From: Hyaloraphidium curvatum SAG 235-1
Lineage: Eukaryota > Fungi > Monoblepharomycota
DNA length: 64,000 nt
Assembly: GCA_025558095.1 (NCBI GenBank)
Contig: JAIVFI010000011.1
Coordinates: 434,001 to 498,000, forward strand
Direction: 5' to 3'
The notes beneath the pieces were generated by a model, which saw only the letters and a program-made list of their open reading frames with translations, was not told the origin of the DNA and made no database searches. The position numbers and the translations under genes are program-made. Below, piece by piece: positions 11,894-26,400 of this stretch (position 1 is its first letter; every line of letters starts with the position of its first letter).

Positions 11894-14245
11894 TCACCGC
11901 TTGTGAGGTGCACGCGTGGAGCGCAAGGTCCGCGTCTTTGCGCGCACGTCCAGAATCCGGCGCTGCTTCCTCGCCCAAAGGCCCAGCTGCTTGGTGGTCA
12001 TTGTCGGTATGCCGCAGATGGTGGCGACGCGGGACAGTTGGCCATCGTCCGTCACCAGCGCACCGCGGAAGTCGCCCGTATCCGCGAAGTCCCCTGCCGA
12101 ATCGCCGAAGAAGTAAAGGCTGCAGCTGAGCACCGACTTGTCCCTCTGAGGCACGTGATCGATCCCGGCCAGCGCCAGCGCATCCTCGACGGGCGAAGCT
12201 TCCTCTGGAAGCTGCCGCCGCAAATGTCCCCCGGCCGAACCGTCGCGAAGAACACGTTCCGCGGCCGCCACCCCGTCCCCGTCCAAATGCGAGTCCAGAG
12301 CGTCGATCGCGGAGAGCGGGACGACGATTTGGCACGTCCGACTGTCGACCCAGGCCTTCAAAGAGTCCAAGTCGTCCACAAGCACGTCCGAGCCGACTAC
12401 GACTCTCGGACCTTCGTCGTCCTCCACCTCCTCGGGCAGGTTGGGATTGCGAAGAGGGCGATCTCGAGTGGAAACGACGAAGGTTTCCTTTGACAAATCG
12501 AAGAAGAGCAGGTCCCGCTCGACGAAGCTCCGGCCGAGCAGAAGTGCCCGCGACATGAGTTTCTCGATGTTCTGCGACACACGCAAGTTCTTTGGATAGG
12601 AAAGAAAAGCGTCCAGGATCGAGTCCTGATCCAGGAGGGTGTAGAATGCCCGGCAGGCCTGGATGCCCAGAAGCTCAACGTCATCAGGTAAGCACTCCAG
12701 CGTCTCCAAAACATAGCCTTCCAGAGCGGTGTTGCACAGATCACAAACGGACCGACATAACCGAGTCGATCGCTATCAGAGCAAAGCTGAGGGTCAGATG
12801 TACTTGCAGGCGGGACCCAGCCTACCTCTTTCACGAACTCGCTCACAAAGAACCCTTCTTCGGCGTACCACGACGCGTACTCGCCGAATGTTCGCACAGC
12901 TTCGTCGAGATGCTTGGAGAGCCACGGCACGATTGCGAGGGCTTCAAACGGCCTAGAGTCCGAGAGTCGGGGAGTGGCATCGCCTTCGAAAGACGACCAA
13001 CCACCGAGCGTGAGCTCTCGTAGAATGGCGTCTCCGCAAAAGCAAAAGAGATCGATGATGACGGCAAAGATAAACGACTGCATATGGCGTGTTGCTTCCT
13101 TCATTGGTGGCAACGCTTGGGCAGTGCGAGTTAGACAGAAGGCCCAAGTGAAGCAGCCGGCCACGCGATACGCACTAGCAGCTCGGAACCGAGTGTTGAG
13201 GTCTTCATGAACAACCACCAAGCACACCATGATGTGACGGAGATCTCCTTGGCTCGCATGGCGAACCATCGCGGGAACGCTCTCCTTGACACCCGTATAC
13301 ATGTCACGAAGGTTTTCCGAGCCCATGGAATCGAAGAACAGCGCGTGTCGTATAGCGAGCAGCAGTCGGGCAACGGCGACTTCGCAGGACGACTCGTCGT
13401 CCACCTCGAGTATTCGCTTCGAAGCCGAATGAAGCCTCCCCGCCAAACGAACAAACATCGACCTCAAATTCGCCAGCGCGCTCACGAAGGGCTGCGTGCT
13501 CGCCATCGAAAGGCAATACCAGTAAGTCATTGCGAAGGGATGGTCGTCCGAGATCGCCAGCGGAAGCTGCGACTGTGGCCGTCCCGAGATAGGATTAACC
13601 ACAAAGGCTCTCTGGTACAGGGAGTGCGCGACCGCAGTGTCCCGCGGAGACTCCGGAAGAAGGGCGTTGCTCGCTCGCGAACGATATCGTGCTGGACTCT
13701 CGTCAACTTCGGGGCCGGACCGTAGAGCAACCAGGAATTGACCCACCAATATCGCCCAGGCGAATCAATGCCCGATGGACGCCGGTCAGCGTGTTCTCTG
13801 GGTCACCCGGGACGCCGGTCTCGCCCTCGAGGAATCGCTTCACGCCCAGCCGCACCAGACCCTCGAAATCGAGTCCCTCGCGGAGCCGCAACTCCAGTAT
13901 GAGATTGCTGTAGATCGCCTCCGCCTCATCCAGCGCGATCGTTAGGTCGCGCGATTTGAGATGTAGGTCCGCGCTGGACGTTTCCTGGGCACGCCTCACG
14001 TGGCCCCGGAGCTCCTCGATCACCGGGTAGATGACCCGGATCCAAAGTTTATCTTCAATGGCGTTGTTCTCCGCAAACGAGACACTCGTGAGCATGAGCG
14101 ACTCGTACAGAAGAAGCAGCATTGCGCGACTCCCGCGGATAGCATTTGGGTCGCGATTCTCCTTTTCGAGCTCCTTCAAGCGATGCTCGGCCAGCTGCGC
14201 ATCCGCGTAGAGACGCTCGATCTCGGCATCCTCCGCCTCGTCCAT
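11894..14245 (-). CDS. Est1/SMG5-7 family protein (14-3-3-like Est1 domain plus degenerate C-terminal PIN domain)
   Basis: IEDKLWIRVIYPVIEELR, HRALIRLGD|..ARYR, YQRAFVVNPISGRPQSQL; PIN-like VVVGSDVLVDDL...IVVPLSAIDALD. Confidence 0.8.
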
Positions 14246-14347
14246 TTCCGTTGGTTCCGTCGTCGTTCTGATTCGACACGATCGGGCACGCACGTCGTCG
14301 ATCGGCCGGGTCGATTATATCGATCCCTCCGCCGGAAACGCGCAGCT

Positions 14348-16098
14348 ATGCTTCGACGTGCCGCGGGAGCTCTGACATGTGCCGCTGTTGTCATTTGCTC
14401 CCTCCGAGGAGCTGAGGCTGCAGCGATGCGGGTGCAGCCGGCGCGGGAGGGCGGCATCTCCGGGTCGGGTCAGACTTCTGCTCCGGTCCCCCAACACGGT
14501 CCGCACGGGGTGAGAAAGAACATTGCTCTCCCTTTCTCCGTGGTCACTGATGCTCCGACGTCCGTCGTTGGGTTGGACATTGATGCCGACTCCGTTTCGT
14601 TTTCCGTACCGTCCCCCATAACGTGCCGGGCTACGGATCATCGCTGTGCCCTTCTTTTGAAACGGTTCTAGCCCGTCTGGGATCGCATCGAGAAGTGGCA
14701 TTCATACTTGAACGAGCACGACAAGTTCACGAAGTACTGCGCCTTATCGGAGAACTCCTGGCGTTTCTATCGCGGGACAAACTTCCTTTTCTATGAGGAG
14801 CACCAGACCCCGATCGATCCGCGGTTGGAGATGTTTGGCGGCGAGGACGAGGACCTTGTCTGGGTGACTGGGGACCTTCATCCCGAGAACCTTGGCGCCT
14901 ACAGCGATTCCAGGGGCGTCGTTGTCTATAATATGAATGATTTTGATGATGGCACCGTCGAGGACTACCAAATGGAGCTCCTCCGGATGGCCACCGGCCT
15001 GATCCTCATGTCCAGAGCCAACGGCTTCATCGAGGATCTGCTGTACTGGATCGTGTCTCCCTTCCTGGACGCTTACGTGGGTCGCATGCGGGATCTCAAC
15101 AAGTTGAATGGGACGTATCCGGAGAAGGACTGCGATATCAACGCCAAGACGGCCAAAGGCCTGCTGAAGGATTTCCTGAAGAACGTCGAGCGGAACGATG
15201 GGCGGGAGGAAATGCTGCGGAAACATGTCAAGAAGGGCAAATTCGACTATGATAGCAACAAGTTTGAGAAGATCAACGATCCTGCGGAAGAGAAAGATCT
15301 TAGGAGGGCGTACGCTGACGTCTACAGCGAGACGCTCCAGGGAGGCCTCAAGTGGGATCCCGAGGTGAGCTAACCGAAATCGACAACGGCCAACGTTTGC
15401 TCGACTGATTCGCCTTTCGCAGTACTTCAAAATCAAGGATGTCGCCCGCCGCGTCAACTCGGGGACGGGATCCCTCGGGTTATCCCGCTACTACGTCCTG
15501 ATCGAGGGACCGACGGAGAGCGATTCGGACGACCGCATCCTCGACGTCAAGGGCGAGATCATCCCCACACCCGTGCTGTGAGTGCCGGCGGAGAATTGCG
15601 TTATGAGGCACTGCTGAAGACCCGACCAGTTTCTGGCAATGGGATCGCCGCGAGCTCTACGAGATTCGGTATGCCGGGAATCATGCGATGGCCTACGTGG
15701 AGGCGGCCAGGGCGCTCCAGTCGAACGAGGACGATCATCTCGGATGGCTTCGGACCAGAAAGGGAACATTTGTCGTTCGAGAGCGGTCGCCGTTCAAGGA
15801 AACGTTCGACACTCGGATGCTGCGCGGAAAAGAGGACTACATGGAGATGTCGAAGCAGTGGGGGTACATCGTGGCCAACTCCCACGCCCGCGGAAGAGGC
15901 CGTTGGATCGCGAGCAAGGACTTTGTGCGGCACTTTTGGGAGAAGCGGTTGCACAAGGGGGAGAAGTGGAAGGACTTTACCGCGCTCATCTGGGACGTTG
16001 CCGTGGACTTTAACGCCCAGGTGATGAAGGATTTCTCGGGCTTCCTCCAAGTGTTCGGTCCGCGCATGAAGGACTGCCCCGCACCTGACAGGGTTTGA
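14348..16098 (+). CDS. DUF2252 family (bacterial-type kinase-like fold) protein with predicted signal peptide; 3 introns
   Basis: [69 protein letters not shown]; hydrophobic N-terminus [24 protein letters not shown]. Confidence 0.85.
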
Positions 16099-16297
16099 AC
16101 GGATTGGCGCAGGAAGGACTGCCCCGCGTCTGGCAAGGGGTGATTGCTCATGGTGCCGATGTTTGGGTGCATTTCATGGACTCGACTTCGAGCCTGGACT
16201 CGAGGAGGGTAGTGGAAGCTTGACGCAGTGACGAATGATCATATTTCCCCAAGGCTTTGTAATGCCAAGATTGAAGATCTGCTATTTGCTGTTCCCC

Positions 16298-17101
16298 TCA
16301 GATCTTGCCGACCCGGCGCGCAGCCCCGAGATCCTCCTCGTCGAGCTCGCGGACGTTGTGCGGGACCGCAGGCTGCTTCGTGACGGCCCTGAAGGCCTTG
16401 TCAGACAATGCCACTGCATTTCGAACCAGCACGGCAACATACCCCTTCAGGTACTCGAACAGCACTGCCGGGGTGGACTTGTCCTGGATGGAGTAGTGCA
16501 CGGTGTGCGCCTCAACCGCGATCACGGTGAGGCGCGGGTCGCTCGGGCTCCCGTCGCGCACGTTGTCCTTCTGTTCAAACCACAGCTGCAATCACTTCGT
16601 CAGGGGCCCTCTCCGGCAAGGAACTACGTCGCAACCTTGCCTTGATCGAGGGATTCCAAGCGGCAGCCTTCGTGGCCTCGTCGTTCCGGATCTGTGCGAT
16701 GCCGCTGACGGACACCCATTCGCCGCTAGACTTGTCGAAGAACGAGACGTTGACGTGCGGATCGAAGAGGATGTCGTCGAACTGGGGCGCCGTGGAGGGT
16801 ATAGTGATCGAACAGGGTGCAGCAGCCCAGCAGAGGCGTCTGCTCACCTTGTGCGTTTCCTGGTTGCCGATGAACCAAAGGTCCGCTCCGGCAAGCCGTT
16901 TCTGCACCTGCATCGCCCGCGAGACGAGGTCGCCGTGCTCGTTGCGCGTCGTGAGCATGCAGTCTGTTCGCGACGACGTAGTGAGCAGCAATCGGCGGCC
17001 AAAGACGCGAACCAACAAGGCAGGTGGTCGATGAGCTTGTACAGATCATCGATCTTCTTGGGCGTTGCGGGCTGGTTCTGGCGCGGAGTGGCGTCGCTCA
17101 T
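16298..17101 (-). CDS. BLI-3 / general stress protein 26-like FMN-binding split-barrel protein
   Basis: KIDDLYKLID...CMLTTR..GDLVSRAM...DPHVNVSF...WVSVSG...DGSPSDPRLTVIAVEA. Confidence 0.85.
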
Positions 17102-17432
17102 CGTGGGTGCGTGTCGGAGCGCGTGGGCGGCGCGGGAGCGAAAGTTGCGGGCCGGACAGACGGCGACTGGCTTGATGGCAAAGAAGCGTCCACCGAGCAG
17201 AGAAGACCTCGGGAACCGCGACGGGATGTGGGCGACGGGCGCGCGAAGCATGCGGTGGCAGGTGACGTGTCGACTCGACATGCCCATCGTGCGCAAACAT
17301 CTGCCTTGAAGCTCGCTTCAACTCACAACGGGAGGATCAGAGAAAAAGGCACAGGAGCCCGGCAACGGAAGACACCGATACAAATAAGCGTGAAATGTGG
17401 AGAGGACAGGGGAACAGAAGTGCGCGAAGTAG

Positions 17433-18857
<1,425 letters not shown>

Positions 18858-19304
18858 TAAACGCCAACCTCCTAGTCATGGCCGTGTTGAAAGGTCGTTT
18901 GAATTGGATTCGGATTTGGTTCCATATCGCTGTTCCGCTCCCCGTCCAGAGTCCAGAGTCCGTCTTCCCGGGCACGAGAGTGCAGCGTTCGCCTCGCGCT
19001 CTGCCCTCGTGCGGCGAGAGAACCGATGGGCAGCGCGGCAGGAAGGCCGGGCGGCGGATGGGGGCGGCCGAGAGGCGTCCCCCCTCGCTCGGCCGCGCAC
19101 GGCTCCATGCCCGGCCGCGCCACCGCACGCTTTGCTAATGGCGCCGGTGGCCTTTGGCGGCGTGTGGCCCTGCGGGTCGGGGTGCGGGCGAAGGCAATTC
19201 AGAGTCGAAGGTAATGACGGGGCGTTCGCGCGAGTCCATCGCTTCGGTCTCTTCGTTTCCATGTCCGCGACACGTACAGCCACTACAGCGCATCGAGATC
19301 TACT

Positions 19305-20833
19305 CTAGTCGTCGTCCAGGTCGATGGTCTCGATGGGTTTCTTTGCCTTCTCGATCGCCGGCGGGAGCTTGTGCGAGTAGCCCGCCAGGGACCGCCCGCT
19401 GAAGCAGAAAAAGTTGTTGATCGGCGCGTCCTTGCCCGAGATGACCTTGAGGATGTCCTGGGCAAGCTGGCCGCCGATGATCGCCGCGACGGGGTTGATT
19501 TCCGTGCCGGCGCCGTGCGCCATCGTCCTGTTCGCCCGGATGTCAGCCGATGGCAGGCCCGCACCAACGGTTCTCGAAACCAACCGGACGAGCTCCTCGG
19601 GCACGTAGTTTTCCGGTACGCCCGACAACTTCAGGTACTCCTTGCTCTCCGCCACCAGTCCGTTGTCGTCGTCTTCCGATTCGGGGTTCGGATACCGTCC
19701 GTGCTTTTGACGAAACCGGAGGAGGGCTGCTCAAACGTGAGACAAGGAAAGACCTCCTCCACGACCGAAACCCACTCATGATGGCAAAGAATAGCGGTGA
19801 CGCCGCAAACCGCAGCTTGCCAAACTTCCTGTCGTTCCTGTCGGCCAGCCCCTCGAACGAAGCTTCAAGAGCATCCTGGAGGGGCACGTAGCTCTCGGAG
19901 ATCGTCTCCTTCGTCACGATCTCGGTTCCGTAGGCCAGCTCCTTGTTCTCCCTGGGGATCGGTGAGCTCGGTCTCGTCGCTGAAGCGAAATCCGACGCAC
20001 CTGGTGTACTGGTGCTCAATCAGGTCGCAGAAGTAGTAGCCGTGGAATCCCAACTGATCCGCGGCGTAGAACTTGATGCCCTTATCCCGGCAGATCTTGT
20101 TCACTCGTTTCTGTGCCGGCCGCGTGACGCGAGCGTCTTCCCGAGGACGGCGACGCGCTTACCAGGGTCTCCATGTCCAGTCCGGTGGCGCACACGACCG
20201 AGAAGCTGTCGAAAAACTCGTCGCCTAACTTCGAGATCGGCTCCGTGACCGCTTCGATCTTGACCCGGGGATTGAGCGCGCTTACGCGTTCCGCGACGGC
20301 CTCGGCGCGCTGCTCCGAGCGTGAGTCCACATCCAGCAACATCAGGCCGTGCTTAACCAACGTTCCAGCCAATGTCAGACTCCCTCAGAAAGAATTGGGC
20401 CCCGAGATCGTGCGGCTCGACGTTTTCCGGGTCGAGGATGGTGATCCCGCCCACGCCGGCGAGCACCGTGTTCTTGACCACCTCGTTGCTCAGAGCCTTC
20501 ATGCCAATCACCAGGATCTTGACGTTCCTCATTCTGCAGGAACCATGCCCCATGTGCACGTTCGGGAGCGCCGTCGGCAAGGTGGTGAGCCCACTCGGAA
20601 AGCAGGAGCCCGAGCCGACCCAATGACCACCTTTGCTGCCCGTCCAAGCCCCACAACCTCATCTGCCTGTCGTACAGCTGGGCCTCCTCGTCGTCTATCC
20701 TCTTGGCGCCGGGCGCATTGGTTGTCCCAGCTCGCTCCGCACCGTCCTCCGCGACCTTGGAGCGCTTCGGCGCGTCGTCCTCGTCTCCATCGGACTCTCT
20801 CGCCCTTTTCTTCGAGGCATCCTGGGTATCCAT
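19305..20833 (-). CDS. AOS1: SUMO-activating enzyme E1 subunit 1 (Aos1/SAE1)
   Basis: EEAQLYDRQMRLWG, NEVVKNTVLAGVG, LNPRVKI, GFHGYYFCDL, PVAAIIGGQLAQDILKVISGKDAPINNFFCF. Confidence 0.92.
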
Positions 20834-21024
20834 GTCCGCGCTCCCCCGAAGTTCCTCTGCACGCGTCTTCTCAGTCGTAGTCCGCCCGCCCAGCAGCGCG
20901 CAGTGCATAAACACCGCTGAGCGCAATTGCACTGTCGAATCTGCTGCTACGCGCGATAGTCTCCTCCTACTTGCATCGGCTTTCTACTATCCGGTCGGAC
21001 TGTTTAGACCTTGCCGAGATTGCG

Positions 21025-23171
21025 ATGCCCGGGGTAGGAAGGGGGGCCTCGCCGCCGAACGAGTGGGCCACCCCGGTTGCCGCCAAGACGTACCCATCTG
21101 CGAGGACTACTGACGCGGGGATCACCGACTCGACTGCGAATTTGATACTGGCCGACATGGGAATGCTGCCGCGGCCGCAGTGGCACGTGCAACCTTCGCA
21201 CCGGGGATTGCCGCTCTCCCCTTCTTCGGCGTTCCTGGAGACACCGAGGCCGGCAAACACCGCAAGTTTTGACGATGCGGACGCTTTGGAGCGGAAGTTG
21301 GCCAGGGAAACGAGATTGCGCCAGCAGTGAGTCCGTGTCTCCGCCGACTAGACGAGACGGTTCCTGAGCTGCGGCATCGTAGGCGGACTGCCAAGTTGGA
21401 GCAGCAATTGACGCAGGAGGAAGAGAAGCGCCGGGCAGAAATCTTGAGGAAAAGGCGGAACCGCCTGGACGACCAGGTGCGCAAGTTCAGGGATCTGCTT
21501 GCGGAACAGCGAAGGAGGCGCGAGACCCCTACGGCTTCCACGACGGTGCTCGATGCCGACGAGTCGCGGCGATTCACTGCGTCAGACATTACTGTTGATC
21601 ACCGTCACGTGGAGCTGGTCGAAAAGTTGAACAGCAAGCGAATTCGGCGGGACCGTGGCCTCACGCAGAATGGTGCGGAAGCCCCGTCCAGCACCAAGGA
21701 GCAACAGCGAAGCAAGCCTTGGGTTCTTCCTCCAGTGAAGCAAGTTGTGCGCATTTCGCCGTCGTCGTCAACATGGAAGCTATGCTCCACTGCGGAAGGC
21801 ATTCGGACGCCTTCGACCCCGTCGCTCTTGTCAGCCGGCGGAGCCGTTGAGCCGGTATCGCTTTCGACCCTCGTTCGCAAGGAGGAACAGCACGGAAGTC
21901 GTCCCTCCACGCCGTACCTCATGTTCCTGGCTGCAATCGACGCAGCACATGGAGGGCCGAACAGGGACCAATCGCCAATGCACGAGCAAGCATCTCGTCC
22001 TCGGCTCGTTCCGAAAGGAGGAGCAGCTATCGACCAGGAATGCCGCCCAACCTCGGACAAAGCTCCCATCCTCCCGGCACCGCGGCCGGCCGCGGCGACC
22101 GAGTCGAAAGCCCATGGTCCAGCTCCGGACATGCTTCTGTCACCGGGGACTGCTTCAAGGAGATTGCCGGCTCCAACGCCGCTAGGACGAAAGTCGCCGC
22201 GCCCATCGAGGCTACCGAGGCTGAGGTTCGTCGACACCGACAACGGGGAAGATCAATCGCGACCGAACGAGTTGAGTGAAGCGATCCATTCATGTAGGTT
22301 TCAGGTCACACGGTGCTACGAAGCTCGCTGACTCGCTCGACTCAATCCAGTTCCTCCGGAGCTTTTCGAAGTGCTGGAAGACCTGTGCCAGGACCGGCGG
22401 TCGAACAGGTCGGTCGACCAGATCCTTGGCATCCTGGAGCGAACGCCGCGGGCGACGCCATCAATGAGGCTGCGAGACATGCCAGGCTCGACCCAGACCC
22501 CTTCGTCGCCAATCCAAACTGTACGCCCAGCAGGCCTTGATCCGCGGGATCACCGGTGGCCCGCGAGTCCCCGCTCTCCAGCTTCCCGAACCGGTGCTGT
22601 TGCGCTGTCGGCGAGAGAACCACAGACCTTGCTCTCCGCCACTACGAGGATCAGCCACAGTGCTAACAACGTCGTCTACGGCGAGGTGCCCTTGATCGCT
22701 GGCCACCGGGGACTTGACAACCTGGATCAGGCTGTGCTGTCGTCGAGATCGCCCGCGCTGGAACCGCGGCATAAGGAGCCTTGGAACTTCCCATCCAGCA
22801 TCCCAGTCGAGCAATCTCCTCCGCCACCGCGTGCGAGGAGGCGGCCCAAGCCTAAGCCGTTAACGCAGCCGGAGATGCGTTTTGACAGCACGCCAGTGCG
22901 CAAGGAACCGCGCGCCAAGGAGGCAAAGAGGCAGACGAACAGCGACGCGACGAATCAGGCCGCCGCGGCAGAGCCTCCCCCGAGAGAGCAGGGGGCGATG
23001 GGCGGATCCGGGGCCGCGGAAACCTCCCCGGGCGGGCAGGGCGTCGTAGTGGTCGTTCCGGCGGGGGCCGTGCCCGGGGGAGGGCAGCTAGACCCGGCGC
23101 AGCTGCAGGCGCTGTCTGTGCTGCTGGGCCAGATGCGCATCAGTGGTGTACCGGGGTTTTCGGGGCATTGA
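21025..23171 (+). CDS. Largely disordered protein with N-terminal coiled coil, possibly CEP126-like
   Basis: Spliced RKLARETRLRQQ|RTAKLEQQLTQEEEKRRAEILRKRRNRLDDQVRKFR; the rest is Pro/Ser-rich. Family assignment is tentative. Confidence 0.45.
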
Positions 23172-23463
23172 TCTGTTCGGGAGACGCCGGGTGTGTTCGG
23201 GATGCCGTGCCGATGCCCCAGCCCAGCCAGCGTCACCGGCGCGAAGGCAGTTTCGCCCCAAATCGACTTTCCGCTGTTCTCCACAACCGATTGCCGGCGG
23301 ACGTCTTGTGGAGGGCGAAGCGAACGTACGGCCTCGTGTGCCGAGCCCAGTCCCGACGCCCCTCACTTCGTTTGCCCTCCGGTACCGGGGTTGCAACGCC
23401 ACGGCGTCACGGCTCTTCAGTGGCTCGAGCGGCGCCCACTTCCCACATCGCGTCTGACCAACG

Positions 23464-26400
23464 ATGACGGTCGAGAGCGACGTTACGCCGCCGAGTGAGT
23501 GCCTTCCGGGGCTCGGGACCCGTCGCGATGTCGCCGGAATGCTGAATGCCGCGGAATCGCAGCGATGTCGCGGTGGAGCTCTTCCTCCGACTCCGTCAAG
23601 GAGTACGTTCAGAGGCTTGGAGGACATACCCCGATCACAAAGGTCCTCATCGGTAAGCTTGCGGCCTGGGCCGGAGCGGCCGATGGCGGCGGACGGGTCG
23701 CTGAGCTGTCTCCGGATCCCGCCAGCCAACAACGGTATCGCCGCCGTCAAGGAGATCAGATCTGTTCGGAAATGGGCCTACACGGAGTTCGGCGAGGAGA
23801 GGGCTATTCAGTTCGTGGCCATGGCCACGGTGGGTTCGGCTGCGGACGGGGCGGCGAATGGAATCTGATCCGGTCCTCGCCGGCCCGCAGTCGGAGGACC
23901 TCGCGGCCAACGCCGAGTACATTCGGCTGGCCGACCAGTACGTTGAGGTGCCCGGAGGCAGCAACAACAACAACTACGCCAACATCGACCTGATTACGGA
24001 CATTGCCGAGCGGGTCGGTGCCCAGGTGGGTACCGGCGGGTGGCGTTTTTCGCAAGCGACGACTGACGCTCCGTTCCCGCGCTGCAGGCCGTCTGGGCTG
24101 GCTGGGGTCATGCTTCGGAGAACCCGAAGCTCGTGGAGAAGCTCAAGTCCGTCGGGATCATCTTCATTGGACCTCCGGCCAACGCCATGCGGACCCTGGG
24201 CGACAAGATCGCCTCGACCATCGTCGCCCAGTCGGCCGACGTGCCCTGCATCGACTGGAACGGCAATACCGTGACCCTCAGCGCGGAGGACCGCGATGAG
24301 CAGGGTGTGGTCATCATCCCGGACGAGGTGCTCCGCAAGGCTTGGGTGATGGACGCCGAGGAGGGCCTGAAGCACGCTGAGCGCATCGGATACCCGGTCA
24401 TGATCAAGGCCTCGGAAGGTGGTGGCGGCAAGGGCATCCGCAAGGTCACGGATGGGAAGGGCTTCAAGGGCCTTTACGAGCAGGTGGCGCGCGAGGTGCC
24501 GGGCAGCCCGATCTTCGTCATGAAGGTTCGCTTCGGTCGAGTCCTTCAGTGGGGGAGTACCTGACAGAGCGATCCCCAGATGATGGCCGGTGCTCGCCAC
24601 TTGGAGGTCCAGCTACTCGCCGATCAGTACGGCAACGCCATCTCCCTCTTCGGTCGCGACTGCTCCGTGCAGCGCCGCCACCAGAAGATCATCGAGGAAG
24701 CACCTGTCACCGCCGCGCCCCCGGAAGTGCTGGAGAAGATGGAGAAGGCCGCCGTGCGTCTCGCTCGCCTCGCCGGCTACGTCAACGCCGGCACCGTCGA
24801 GTATCTCTACGACGCCGAGACCAAGACGTTCTCCTTCCTCGAACTCAACCCGCGGCTGCAAGTCGAGCACCCGACGACCGAGATGGTTTCTGGTGTCAAC
24901 ATTCCGGCCGCCCAGCTGCAGGTCGCAATGGGCATCCCGTTGAGTGGAATCAAGGACATCCGGACGCTCTACGGGTGAGTTGTTACGCGCTCTTGCTCAT
25001 CGGTGGTGGAAACTTACCCATCCGATTCGCCAGTTTGAACCCTTACGAGACCTCGCCCATCGACTTTGACTTTGTCAAGCCGATTTCGTACGAGATCCAG
25101 CGCAAGCCCGCTCCCAAGGGCCACGTCATCGCCTGCCGCATCACTGCCGAGAATCCCGAGGCCGGCTTCAAGCCCAACTCGGGCAAGGTCCTCGAGCTCA
25201 ACTTCAGGTCGTCGACCAACGTCTGGGGCTACTTCTCCGTCATCTCGACCAGTGGCATCCACGACTTTGCCGACTCGCAGTTCGGACACATCTTCGCCTA
25301 CGGCGAGACGCGCCAGATCGCCCGCAAGAACATGATCGTCGCCCTCAAGGAGCTCTCGATTCGCGGTGATTTCCGCACCACCATCGAGTACCTCGTCACG
25401 CTGCTCGAGATGAAGGACTTTGCCGAGAACAACTTCGACACCGCGTGGCTCGACGGTCTCATCGCCAAGAAGATCGAGATCCAGAAGCCCGAGCTGCTTG
25501 TCGTCGTCGTCTGCGCGGCCGTTAGCAAGGCCCTCACGTCGTTCGAAGAGAACGTCGCCGAGTACCGCAAGGTGCTGGAGAAGGGCCGCATTCCCGAGCG
25601 CAACCTGCTCAAGACCAGCACCGTCATCGAGTTCGTGTACGAGGACATCAAGTTCCGCTTCACGGTCGCGCGGTCCGGGCCCGAGACCTTCCGCGTCATC
25701 TACGGCGGCACCATCGTCGAGGTCATCTGCAGGCGGCTGGCCGACGGCGGCATGCTCATCCTACTCGACGGCAAGAGCCACGTGGCCTACCTCAAGGAAG
25801 AAGCGGTCTCGACCGTCTTGACGCTCGATAGCCGCACCATCAACCTCGAGAAGGAGTCGGACCCGACAAAGATGCGCAGCCCTTCGTCCGGCAAGCTCGT
25901 TAGGTTCCTCGTCGAGGACGGCGGCCACGTCAACGCCGGCGACCAATTCGCCGAGATCGAGGTCATGAAGATGGTCATGGCGCTGTCCGCCTCGGCGGCC
26001 GGCGTTGTGACGCACCAGAAGCAGCCCGGCGTGGCACTGCAGGCCGGCGACGTTCTTGCCAGCTTGGACCTCGACGACCCCAGCGCAGTCAAGCAGTCGA
26101 AGCCGTTTGAAGGCCAGATCTCCTTTGGGTGAGTTGCCGCGCCGATCAACGTCGCATGTGAGGCTGACGCATTTGGCCACGCAGCGCGCCGCAGGTCGGC
26201 GGCAGCAAGGCGCATCAGCGCGCCAGGGAGCTGCGTAAGAACCTCGAGCTCGTCCTCGATGGCTACGAAAGCTACGACGGCGTCGCGGCGGACATCCGCA
26301 AGCTCTCGGACGTTCTCAAGGATCCGGAGGTTCCCCGCCTTCAGCTCCTCGAGGTGCTCTCGTCGCTCACGGGACGCATCCCGTCGAACGTCGAGGACGC

